DNA of 64,000 bases from positions 1-64,000 of IMG/VR virus record IMGVR_UViG_3300027708_000026, one strand, 5' to 3'. Below are positions 1-8,896 of this stretch, piece after piece. The stretch is from a virus. The position numbers and the translations under genes are program-made. Positions within the stretch are counted from its first letter, which is position 1. Every line of letters begins with the position of its first letter. Below the pieces are notes generated by a model. The model was not told the origin of the DNA. It saw nothing but the letters and a program-made list of their open reading frames with translations, and ran no database searches.

Positions 1-366
1 ACAGTTAAATTCCGCGGAGTTAACTGGCATGTGGAAGTTGCACCCACATTGAGCTCAGTACAGCGTTTCCAATTCCAAGCTGGGGCTAATACAGAGCACA
101 CCACATTTGTTGCAAAAACTGATGGTGACAAGCTGGTGTTTACATTTGGCGACCAAAGCACACATGGTGGCGAGTTTATATTTGCCACAGGTATCACAGG
201 TAAAATTACCAAAGCATGGACATGGCCTGTGTTACCAGTATTGAGTATTCTAAAAATTGCAGATGCCAACAATGCTAAGATGAGTTTCAGCAATGACGGC
301 GCTATGCAAATCGAACTTGACAGCGGCATTGCCACTTACAAATATATCATCCCAGCAATGCCATGA
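1..366 (+). CDS. Sliding clamp (gp45-like), C-terminal part; 5'-truncated by the window
   Basis: Frame 1 is open from base 1 (TVKFRGVNWHVEV...). Beta-rich and ends in a clamp-like 'GAMQIELDSGIATYKYIIPA'. T4-like context. Confidence 0.55.
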   Translation, partial: TVKFRGVNWHVEVAPTLSSVQRFQFQAGANTEHTTFVAKTDGDKLVFTFGDQSTHGGEFIFATGITGKITKAWTWPVLPVLSILKIADANNAKMSFSNDGAMQIELDSGIATYKYIIPAMP

Positions 367-737
367 TCAAAGGTTTAATGGGTAAGGGGTGTGTTGTTGT
401 CGAAGGTGGGAATACTGCGTTGCCCTATGTTGGACCCAACGCTAATAACCCTATCCAGGGTATGTTACGTATTAACAACACAGACTTGGAAGTGTTTACC
501 GGCGAAGGCTGGCAAAAGATTAACACCAGTTACGCTACTGCCGAGCTCGACAATGAAACACTAATGGTGTTAGAATGGGCAAGGAAAAAGAAACGTGAAG
601 AAGAAGTTCTTTTTTCCTTGCCCAGCGACAATCCTGCTGTTAAAATTGCTAGAGAAAATATAAATCTCATCAAGCAAGAACTTGCCCGAGCAGAAGAACA
701 ATTAAAAATAACAGAGATATTAAGTCAAGATGAATAA
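363..737 (+). CDS. Hypothetical phage protein
   Basis: 124-aa ORF, ATGA-coupled to the upstream gene and overlapping the downstream gene. Confidence 0.7.
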   Translation: MIKGLMGKGCVVVEGGNTALPYVGPNANNPIQGMLRINNTDLEVFTGEGWQKINTSYATAELDNETLMVLEWARKKKREEEVLFSLPSDNPAVKIARENINLIKQELARAEEQLKITEILSQDE

Positions 738-2373
738 ACCACCAGTAAATTTAACTCCCTTACAAAGGGATTATGCGATATATCTTCCAGCTATTAGTAG
801 TTTTTATGGAACATATATTGCCAAACAACGATTAGAAAAGTTTATCCCCGATGATCGTATTCCTAAAGGATTTGATCGCGGTGTCGAAGGCATGAACTTC
901 TTAAACGAAGAACAAGGATACTTTACTTACAAATATGGTCTGTATTCTGCAGGACATGCTACACTTGATCTAAATAAAACTATGACCAAGGAAAGTATGA
1001 TACAGCAAAGAGATCGCAGTAAAACTATGATCTTAGGCGACTCCGGCGGATTCCAAATTGGTAAAGGTGTATTGAAATTTGATTGGTTGAACTTTGAGGG
1101 TCCGAGTGCAACTAAAACGCGCCAAAGCATTTTAGAGTGGTTGGAAGTAACCGCCGACTGGAGCATGATGCTCGACGTTCCAACATGGGCGTGTGATCAT
1201 AATCATACTGCAAAAACTGGTTTAAAAACTTTTGAGGACTGTTTGGATAAGACAAGATTCAATAACGAATACTTTTTGAAGAATCGTTTGGGACAAACTA
1301 AATTCTTAAATGTTCTACAGGGTGGCGACTGGGAACGTGCTGAACAATGGTATCAAGGTGTTAAAGAATTTAGTGATCCTGCTGTATGGGAAGACAAAGC
1401 AGCAGAGGGTTGGGCAATGGGCGGTGCTAATATGAGTATGATGGATGTCACACTCAAACGTCTAATGACCTTACGCGAAGATGGTTTACTGGAAGGTAAA
1501 AACTGGATGCATTTTTTGGGAACTGCACAGTTAGATTGGGCTTGCTTTTTAACTTCAATTCAACGACAAATAAGGAAACATATCAATGAAGACTTTACCA
1601 TATCTTTTGACTGCGCCTCACCGTTTATCGCAACAGCACACGGACTTGTCTACACAAATCCACAGCACTCGCCCAAGCGATGGAGCACTATCATGGAAAA
1701 AGCCACAGACACCAAGGCTCTTGCAGGCAGTGAAATTCCATTCCCATTCACAAGCGAAATCTCGAGCCGCTTGACGATGGGGGATATCTGTTACTATAAA
1801 AACGGTATTCCCAATATGTCCGAAGTTGCTAAACGTGGTATTGATCCTGCAAAATTATACAAAGAACCAAAATTTGTAAACGATAAAACTCTATGGCAAG
1901 TCATGGGTGATAAAAATAAAATTGATAAAGTGGGATCTACAAGTTGGGACAGTTTTAGCTATGCACTCATGATGGCACATAATGTCAACAGTCATATTAC
2001 AAGTGTACAAACTGCTAATCATTTAATGGACGTTGAATGTACCAAGTACAAGCCAGATTGGCGTGCATGGAAAAAAGTTAGGGACAAAGATAAGAGCGAC
2101 GAATACAGCGAATGGGTTCCGCGTAACATTCTATATTTTGATCGTTTCGTTGAAGATTTGTTCAACACCAAGACTAAAGACGAAGCATTCGCTATGATCG
2201 AGGAAGGCATTACATTCTTACGCGACTTAGAAGGTACACGTAGTCAAGATGGAATGGCACGTAATACTTATTTTAATTTGTTTGAATTCGAAGTTACAAA
2301 TCAAAATGAAATTGATTTGTCAAATCCAGATGATGATGCACTACGCGCCTTAGAGGAAGACATCGATGAATAA
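730..2373 (+). CDS. dpdA: TGT-fold guanine transglycosylase (DpdA-like, 7-deazaguanine insertion)
   Basis: TGT motifs in order: DSGGFQ, MMLDVP, VLQGG, AMGG, HFLG, SFDCAS, late AHN. Clustered with queE and a QueD-fold gene. Confidence 0.8.
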   Translation: MNKPPVNLTPLQRDYAIYLPAISSFYGTYIAKQRLEKFIPDDRIPKGFDRGVEGMNFLNEEQGYFTYKYGLYSAGHATLDLNKTMTKESMIQQRDRSKTMILGDSGGFQIGKGVLKFDWLNFEGPSATKTRQSILEWLEVTADWSMMLDVPTWACDHNHTAKTGLKTFEDCLDKTRFNNEYFLKNRLGQTKFLNVLQGGDWERAEQWYQGVKEFSDPAVWEDKAAEGWAMGGANMSMMDVTLKRLMTLREDGLLEGKNWMHFLGTAQLDWACFLTSIQRQIRKHINEDFTISFDCASPFIATAHGLVYTNPQHSPKRWSTIMEKATDTKALAGSEIPFPFTSEISSRLTMGDICYYKNGIPNMSEVAKRGIDPAKLYKEPKFVNDKTLWQVMGDKNKIDKVGSTSWDSFSYALMMAHNVNSHITSVQTANHLMDVECTKYKPDWRAWKKVRDKDKSDEYSEWVPRNILYFDRFVEDLFNTKTKDEAFAMIEEGITFLRDLEGTRSQDGMARNTYFNLFEFEVTNQNEIDLSNPDDDALRALEEDIDE

Positions 2374-2842
2374 GTTTACAGACTTTCCAGGACAGCCGAG
2401 GAAAATGCCCGACACTGAAGGCGAATCCTATTTCAGTACAATGCTTTTAAAGATTGATGAGTTCAAGCCAAATGAAATTGTTGCCGTAGCACGTAGCGGA
2501 TTTAGTTACGCCATGTGGATAGCGCAGATACTTAAATTGCCATTAGGTGCATATTGGGCAGAACGCGGTGAGTTAATTACTAGTAGAGATCCCGAACGAA
2601 TTGTGTTTGTAGATGACAATATTTTATCAGGCACAACGTACAAGGACACCAAACTGTTTATGAAAAGATATTACCCAACGACTGAATGGCGATGGGCAGT
2701 ATTGTTCAGCGACTGGCACACTCCCGAAGATGTGCGTAATGAAATTATACAAGGAACTCGACTTCCATATTTTGCCGAAGAGCCAATATGGGGTAGTAGA
2801 AAATTTAGTCAAGATTATGGAGTAAGATACCGTGACGAATAA
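2366..2842 (+). CDS. Type I phosphoribosyltransferase
   Basis: VAVARSG loop and PRPP-binding motif IVFVDDNILSGTT. Confidence 0.8.
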   Translation: MNKFTDFPGQPRKMPDTEGESYFSTMLLKIDEFKPNEIVAVARSGFSYAMWIAQILKLPLGAYWAERGELITSRDPERIVFVDDNILSGTTYKDTKLFMKRYYPTTEWRWAVLFSDWHTPEDVRNEIIQGTRLPYFAEEPIWGSRKFSQDYGVRYRDE

Positions 2843-3287
2843 AGTAATATTAATTGGATTTGATATGGATGGCGTATTATTGCCAGACCATCATTATATT
2901 GAAGATATGTTAGACGAACATTTCTTTGAGTTGTTGCTTAAGGAGATACCTTTATTCAACCCAACATATGATTTCGACGTTGTAACTGCGAGGCCTGAAA
3001 AGTTTAGGCCACTTACAGAAAAATGGTTGTTACAAATGACCAAGCAACCTAATAAGTTGTTTATGAAAGAAACATCTCTCGAAGAAACTAATGCCGAGTA
3101 CAAATTTAGAATCGCAAGTCAAGAAGGATATACAATATATGTAGAAAGCGATTTACAAATTTGTCACGACATGCTAAAATTAGTAAAGAACGCCAAATCC
3201 CCATTAAGGATCATACATTTTGGATCTTGGGTACAAGGTAGCTTTTTTGATTATGCATCATATGGATTTAACGACGATTGGAAGTAA
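2832..3287 (+). CDS. HAD-superfamily phosphatase/nucleotidase
   Basis: Motif I IGFDMDGVL, motif II VVTARP, later K and YVESD; GTG start. Confidence 0.75.
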   Translation: MTNKVILIGFDMDGVLLPDHHYIEDMLDEHFFELLLKEIPLFNPTYDFDVVTARPEKFRPLTEKWLLQMTKQPNKLFMKETSLEETNAEYKFRIASQEGYTIYVESDLQICHDMLKLVKNAKSPLRIIHFGSWVQGSFFDYASYGFNDDWK

Positions 3288-3290
3288 GCA

Positions 3291-4175
3291 ATGGCAAGAA
3301 GCATTATTATAGGAATGGGAATTGGACAGTTATATAAAACTGTTTTAGAAAATCTCGGGCATGAAATTGTTACCGTGGACACCGATACTTCCAAGGGTGC
3401 AACCTATGATAATTTAGATAAAGCTATTCTATCGGAAAAGCCATTTGATACAGCACATGTCTGTACACCTAATTTTACACATTTCGATATTGCCAGTAAA
3501 ATTGCACCTCATTCAAAGATCGTGTTTATTGAAAAGCCCGGAGTTGCCGATAGTAATAGCTGGAGACAACTTTTAGATTCTTTTGACCAAACTAGATTCA
3601 TGATGGTTAAAAATAATATGTGGCGTGCAAAGATTCCTGAATTGCAATATATAGCAGAATTAGCTGTCAAGGTTAATTTTAATTGGATCAATGAGGATCG
3701 TGTGCCAAATCCAGGCACATGGTTTACTACAAAAAAATTAGCATTTGGCGGAGTAAGTAGAGATTTAACTCCCCACCTATTGAGTTTGTTTATTTCGTGT
3801 AATCCCTATTGGAAGGACTATAGTCTAAGTAGCACTACAGAAAAAGCAAAGCGTTGGAATTTAGAAAGTCTAAGCCGTACAGATTATGGCACTGTTAATA
3901 AAGATGGCGTGTATGATGTCGATGATTATTGCAAATTAACATATGGTGAAAAATGGACACTGACAGCAAACTGGAAATCAGACGTTGCTGATCGAAGAAA
4001 CATCGAGTTTACGATGAAAGATGAAAGTGTTGTAGTTTTCCAATTAGGACTGTGTCCAGAAGATGCATATCAACGCATGATTAAAGATGCTGTTGACAAT
4101 ATCGACAATGATGATTTCTGGCAAATACAGCGTGATCAAGATATTTGGATCCATAAACAAATAGAAAAAATATGA
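3291..4175 (+). CDS. Gfo/Idh/MocA-family NAD(P)-dependent oxidoreductase
   Basis: IIGMGIG Rossmann motif, VCTPNFTH, FIEKP, GGVSRDLTPH. Confidence 0.85.
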   Translation: MARSIIIGMGIGQLYKTVLENLGHEIVTVDTDTSKGATYDNLDKAILSEKPFDTAHVCTPNFTHFDIASKIAPHSKIVFIEKPGVADSNSWRQLLDSFDQTRFMMVKNNMWRAKIPELQYIAELAVKVNFNWINEDRVPNPGTWFTTKKLAFGGVSRDLTPHLLSLFISCNPYWKDYSLSSTTEKAKRWNLESLSRTDYGTVNKDGVYDVDDYCKLTYGEKWTLTANWKSDVADRRNIEFTMKDESVVVFQLGLCPEDAYQRMIKDAVDNIDNDDFWQIQRDQDIWIHKQIEKI

Positions 4176-5053
4176 ATGTAAATTTACTGTATACCGATGG
4201 AGCTGGTAAGTTCCGAGAAACTTTTTGGGAAAAAGAGGAACCCGGTGACGACGAGATCGAAGTTAAAGCTATAATGACTGGAGTATGTCGCAGCGACGTC
4301 GACATGATGGTAGGGAAGTTTGGACCATTGCCAATACACATGAGCGGACACGAAGGACTAGGACAAGTTACCAAAGTAGGCGTAAACATCTTTGGAGTTA
4401 GAAAAGGTGATTATGTTGCAACCCGCGGTGAACCTGCATATGCAGACTACTACAATGTGCGCGATGGAGAGTTTGTCAAGGTCCCAGAAGCGCATCCACG
4501 TTTTATTATTGAACCAGTCGCTTGTGGTATCAATACTGTACAATTTAAAGATCGTGGCAACGATGATCGTATATTAATTATTGGCAGCGGCTTTCTAGCA
4601 TGGGTTGCATATCAGACACTGATTAAATCAAAAAATTATAAAAATATTGATGTATTAGGTTCTAGTAATCAAGAACTATGGGGTGACAAATTATCACTTG
4701 GTACTAGCAAAAGTTATGATATTGTTGTTGATCTAACTGGAAAATATGCACTGGGCACTGATATTGACCTAAATAATAATGCATTGATTATTGACGCAAT
4801 TGGCAAGGCTGTTAGTAGAGAAGAAGCACAGCAACAGCTTTGGAAAGCCTGCACAACAGTTCGACCAAGTCCGCGAAACGAAAATTTTCATCAATGCATG
4901 AAAGTTGGTGTATGGATGATTGAAAATGGTTTATTAAATGTTGACAAGTTCTGGACAAGAGCGTATAATCGTACTACAGAATGGCAACAAGCCTTTATAG
5001 ATGGTATCAACAGGCCCGAGGGCTATAGCAGAGGTTATATTAAATGGGACTAA
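4172..5053 (+). CDS. Zn-dependent medium-chain (GroES-like) dehydrogenase
   Basis: GVCRSD, GHEGLG, IEPVAC, IIGSGFL; lacks the 4-Cys structural-zinc lobe. Confidence 0.85.
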   Translation: MNVNLLYTDGAGKFRETFWEKEEPGDDEIEVKAIMTGVCRSDVDMMVGKFGPLPIHMSGHEGLGQVTKVGVNIFGVRKGDYVATRGEPAYADYYNVRDGEFVKVPEAHPRFIIEPVACGINTVQFKDRGNDDRILIIGSGFLAWVAYQTLIKSKNYKNIDVLGSSNQELWGDKLSLGTSKSYDIVVDLTGKYALGTDIDLNNNALIIDAIGKAVSREEAQQQLWKACTTVRPSPRNENFHQCMKVGVWMIENGLLNVDKFWTRAYNRTTEWQQAFIDGINRPEGYSRGYIKWD

Positions 5054-5565
5054 ACACTGAAGAGCGATTAAATGTCGTTTACTTTACAGGGTACGAGGTC
5101 GAGCATACTATTTGTCATGGTATGAAAACATTGTTTGTTGTGGGCACACCTCCATTGGAAGAAATCCTACAACGGGCAAATGAAGATGCTGACATTAAAC
5201 AAATTTACTTTGGTACTAGCCAAAGTTTCAAACCTAAAGCAACAACACACAGTGAATGGGCACCTTGGGATGATGCAATCTTTGGTTGTTTAAAAGCAGG
5301 TTATTGGGTTACCTTAGACTTTGGGATCGAGCATGTCGAAGGTGTTATCGAATCCGGATATAACGAGCACGACAGATTTGTTCCCATGATTAGTTGTAAA
5401 CTGCCATATATTAAACAACTCAATTACAACGCTACTCTCAAGTTAGATGATATTACTTGGGGTAAAACTAATTCCGGTGTTTGGACGCACCAACTTCATG
5501 ATCTCATGTCCAAAGAGAAATATACTTACTGGGATCAATACACGAAAGACGAGACTGTAAAATGA
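5044..5565 (+). CDS. Hypothetical protein; probable degenerate QueE-fold paralog without the Fe-S motif
   Basis: 173-aa ORF whose motifs are colinear with the QueE at 8897 (see findings). Confidence 0.55.
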   Translation: MGLNTEERLNVVYFTGYEVEHTICHGMKTLFVVGTPPLEEILQRANEDADIKQIYFGTSQSFKPKATTHSEWAPWDDAIFGCLKAGYWVTLDFGIEHVEGVIESGYNEHDRFVPMISCKLPYIKQLNYNATLKLDDITWGKTNSGVWTHQLHDLMSKEKYTYWDQYTKDETVK

Positions 5566-5948
5566 ACAATGATTTATCAATGATATGGGTGAGATTCCAG
5601 AAGGAGGGAATACACTGCTACCCTGCTGCCGCAACTGATCCCAACTTGGCAACAGGCGACGAATATGATGTCAGTTTCCTCGCAACACCACATAGACACA
5701 TTTTTCATTTCCAAGTCAATATTCAAGTGTTTGATGATGACCGTGACATTGAATTTATCCAGTTTAAGCGTTGGCTCGAGAAGTGCTACAGCAATGGCAC
5801 CCTCGAACTCAACCACAAATCTTGTGAAATGATTGCTCGTGAACTTAATGCGACAATCGTAGCAAGGTATCCGGGTCGACAGACTCTTATCAGTGTAAGC
5901 GAAGACGACGAAAACGGTGCTTCACTTATATTCCGTAATCAACCCTAA
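5562..5948 (+). CDS. QueD/PTPS-like T-fold protein with LxxxHRHxF motif (DpdL-like)
   Basis: EGIH...FLATPHRHIFHF...DIEFIQFK...SCEMIA...VSEDDENGA resembles QueD/PTPS, with HRH in place of CxxxHGH. Confidence 0.7.
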   Translation: MNNDLSMIWVRFQKEGIHCYPAAATDPNLATGDEYDVSFLATPHRHIFHFQVNIQVFDDDRDIEFIQFKRWLEKCYSNGTLELNHKSCEMIARELNATIVARYPGRQTLISVSEDDENGASLIFRNQP

Positions 5949-5965
5949 CATTAGGAAAAACTAAA

Positions 5966-6187
5966 ATGGCGCAACCCGCTTATATTCAAAAAACTCTTAA
6001 AATGAAACCTGAGGTCACTCGGATCTTTGATGATCTGGATCGTTGGTTGGATCATTGCAGATTAAATCTGCTACCATACAGTCCTTCGGATATGTATAAG
6101 AGTCAGGACTACTGGCGTTTTCAACAAGAGCGAGAATATCTCGAACGTAAGGCACGACGTGAGTCTAAGTCACGTCAGGAGCAGTAA
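5966..6187 (+). CDS. Hypothetical protein
   Basis: 73-aa ORF with an AGGA RBS, abutting the next gene. Confidence 0.65.
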   Translation: MAQPAYIQKTLKMKPEVTRIFDDLDRWLDHCRLNLLPYSPSDMYKSQDYWRFQQEREYLERKARRESKSRQEQ

Positions 6188-7282
6188 ATGGCAATCTACA
6201 TCGTCGACATAGAGGCGGTGGAATCTAGGTACACCGGCGAATGGCAGCGCCATGTACCTAATCTCTTACGAAAGGCAGGACACAATGTTCATGTTATTGA
6301 CGGACCTAAAGATATACCTAATGCAACTACTCCGGGGGCTTTTCTTAATTTTGGTGGTACCAATATCTACAAGGCTAATCAAGTTGAGCAGATGGGTCGT
6401 TTATTTTGCTCCGGAGCAGTTAAGCCTGGTGATCATTTTTTGTTTACTGATGCTTGGCATCCTGGTATTATAAACTTAAAATACATGAGTGAGTTGCTGA
6501 ATATTCCGGTAACTACACACGGACTATGGCATGCTGGCAGTTATGATCCACAAGATTTCCTAGGTCGTCTTGTAGGCAAAAAAAGATGGGTTAGGAATGC
6601 TGAGAAGAGTTTCTATCACGCATTTGATCATAACTACTTTGCTACAGAATTCCATGTTAAATTGTTTATCGACGAATTACTTCATGCTGGATATCCTCAA
6701 GAAAATCCATGGTATGAAGAAGACTTTGCCGAACGCTATGTTGGCGGTAAAATAGTTCGTACTGGTTGGCCTATGGAGTATATGGAGGAAACATTGACCC
6801 CATATAAAGGCATGAAGAAGCGAGACCTTATATTATTTCCGCATCGTATTGCTCCGGAAAAGCAAGTTGAAATTTTTAGAGATTTGGCAACACATCTTCC
6901 ACAATATGAATTTGTAGTTTGCCAAGATAAGCAATTAACCAAGCACGAATATCACACACTACTTGGCGAAGCTAAAATGGTGTTTAGTGCCAACCTACAA
7001 GAAACACTTGGCATTAGCTGTTATGAAGGTGCAATAGTTAATGCAATACCACTAGTACCAAATCGACTAAGTTACAGCGAGATGTATTATAATACTTTCA
7101 AATATTCCAGCAAATGGACAGAAAGTTTTGACGCATACGAAGTACATCGTCCGGACTTATGCGAAACTATTATAATGAATATGCATTATTACGATGTACT
7201 CGTTAAAACTGTCGAGTTGCAAGCAGAGAATTTAACCAAATACTTTTTTAGTGCCGACAATCTTTTGGAAAATTTTAAATGA
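6188..7282 (+). CDS. GT-B fold glycosyltransferase
   Basis: FPHRIAPEKQ and ETLGISCYEG (ExFG...E-like) motifs of the GT-B C-terminal domain. Confidence 0.8.
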   Translation: MAIYIVDIEAVESRYTGEWQRHVPNLLRKAGHNVHVIDGPKDIPNATTPGAFLNFGGTNIYKANQVEQMGRLFCSGAVKPGDHFLFTDAWHPGIINLKYMSELLNIPVTTHGLWHAGSYDPQDFLGRLVGKKRWVRNAEKSFYHAFDHNYFATEFHVKLFIDELLHAGYPQENPWYEEDFAERYVGGKIVRTGWPMEYMEETLTPYKGMKKRDLILFPHRIAPEKQVEIFRDLATHLPQYEFVVCQDKQLTKHEYHTLLGEAKMVFSANLQETLGISCYEGAIVNAIPLVPNRLSYSEMYYNTFKYSSKWTESFDAYEVHRPDLCETIIMNMHYYDVLVKTVELQAENLTKYFFSADNLLENFK

Positions 7283-8043
7283 ATGATTTTTTAAATGATC
7301 AAGATTGGGGGAGACTACGAGACGAGTTTTTAGTAGCTAAGCCATTCAATCATGTCATTATTGATAATTTTTGGAATGACAATACTGTTAAAAAATTGGT
7401 ATCCGAATTTCCAGATTATGAAAGTTCGGCATGGACTACTCATTACAACAATCCTGTAGAAGATAAAAAAACTTCCAATCATTGGGATAGATTTCCTGAA
7501 AAAACTTATCAGTCATTTACATATTTGAATAGTCGAGAGTTTGTAACTCAAATAGAATATATTACAGGTCAATCAGGGATTAAAACAGATATCGGTTTAC
7601 ATGGCGGAGGGTGGCATTGCCATCATAAAGGCGGTAAACTCAATGTACATCTTGACTACAGCATACATCCTAAATTAAAATTAGAAAGACACTATAATCT
7701 AATTATATATATGACTCCGGATTGGAATCCTAAATGGCGAGGCGGTTTAGAACTATGGAGTCACAATCTGGAAACTGACCGCCCATTACGGTGCGAAATA
7801 ACCATTGAAAATAAATTTAATAGAGCAGTTTTATTTGACACTACAAAACATGCATGGCACGGACTTCCAGATGATTTAACGTGCCCTGTAAATGTTTATA
7901 GACAAAGTATGGCAATATACTATCTAACCAATCCCAGTAATAACGCCGATCCAAGGAATCGTGCATTATTTGTACCGCATGGTGGTCAAGAATCAGATTC
8001 ATCAGTTTTAGAATTTATTAAAAAACGCAGTAACTTAATATGA
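7279..8043 (+). CDS. 2OG-Fe(II) oxygenase (prolyl-hydroxylase-like)
   Basis: PFNHVIIDNF, HxD (VHLD), WRGGLELW, FNRAVLF, distal His (WHG), RxS (RQS). Confidence 0.85.
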   Translation: MNDFLNDQDWGRLRDEFLVAKPFNHVIIDNFWNDNTVKKLVSEFPDYESSAWTTHYNNPVEDKKTSNHWDRFPEKTYQSFTYLNSREFVTQIEYITGQSGIKTDIGLHGGGWHCHHKGGKLNVHLDYSIHPKLKLERHYNLIIYMTPDWNPKWRGGLELWSHNLETDRPLRCEITIENKFNRAVLFDTTKHAWHGLPDDLTCPVNVYRQSMAIYYLTNPSNNADPRNRALFVPHGGQESDSSVLEFIKKRSNLI

Positions 8044-8495
8044 ACTTCTTTTTAAGATTCCTAGACCGTATAGGTCGTAAACGCATTATAATGGACCGTG
8101 GTTCAGAAGAACCTTATCTAGAAAGATACTACATCTTTTTGAAAGATCGTACTTGGTTTCCATTCAATGCATTTTTACACAAATTCCTAAAATCCGATCC
8201 AGATGATGTACATGATCATCCATGGCCCTATTTCACACTGATACTGAAAGGCGGTTATTGGGAATGGATTCCTAAATTCAATAGCAAGGGCGAAAAGATC
8301 GGCGAGTTGGCTAAGTGGAGAGCTCCGGGACATTTTCGAACATGCAAAGCTACCAGCTACCATCGTATCGAGCTTGATCCCGATATAGAATGTTGGACAT
8401 TGTTTATGCCCGGCCCTCAAAAAAGAGAATGGGGATTTTTGGTAAACAACAAATGGATACATAACGAGAAATATCTCGAGAGTAAGAAAAAATGA
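8040..8495 (+). CDS. Cupin-like protein
   Basis: HDHPW...ILKGGYWE...HRIEL...WTLF...REWGF metal-binding cupin pattern. Confidence 0.7.
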   Translation: MNFFLRFLDRIGRKRIIMDRGSEEPYLERYYIFLKDRTWFPFNAFLHKFLKSDPDDVHDHPWPYFTLILKGGYWEWIPKFNSKGEKIGELAKWRAPGHFRTCKATSYHRIELDPDIECWTLFMPGPQKREWGFLVNNKWIHNEKYLESKKK

Positions 8496-8890
8496 CAGAT
8501 AACATATTTGAAGGACCATCACATATCGAATGGTCAACCGCACCGTGGGACGATGTGGTCCGCGAAGATTTTCATGTAGCAGTTTATAGAGATAGATATC
8601 CGGTAACTGACGGTCATCTTTTATTCGTGCCTAAATATAATAGCATGGGAGTATTAAAAGATGCTTTCGAAGACGCTGTTAAAGAAGGAAAGCGATTGAT
8701 GGAATACGGAAATTGCGATGGATTTAACATCGGAATTAATTACGGTGCGTCTGCTGGACAAACTGTAAATTGGCCACACATACATCTTATCCCTAGACGA
8801 AATGGCGATGTTGAAGATCCTGTAGGCGGTGTTAGAAATACCATCCCAGGTAAAGGAAACTATAGACTTCAAGAAAAAACAAGCGTATAA
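8492..8890 (+). CDS. HIT-family nucleotide hydrolase
   Basis: YPVTDGHLLFVP, GFNIGINYGASAGQTV, PHIHLIPR. Confidence 0.9.
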   Translation: MTDNIFEGPSHIEWSTAPWDDVVREDFHVAVYRDRYPVTDGHLLFVPKYNSMGVLKDAFEDAVKEGKRLMEYGNCDGFNIGINYGASAGQTVNWPHIHLIPRRNGDVEDPVGGVRNTIPGKGNYRLQEKTSV

Positions 8891-8896
8891 TAACTT

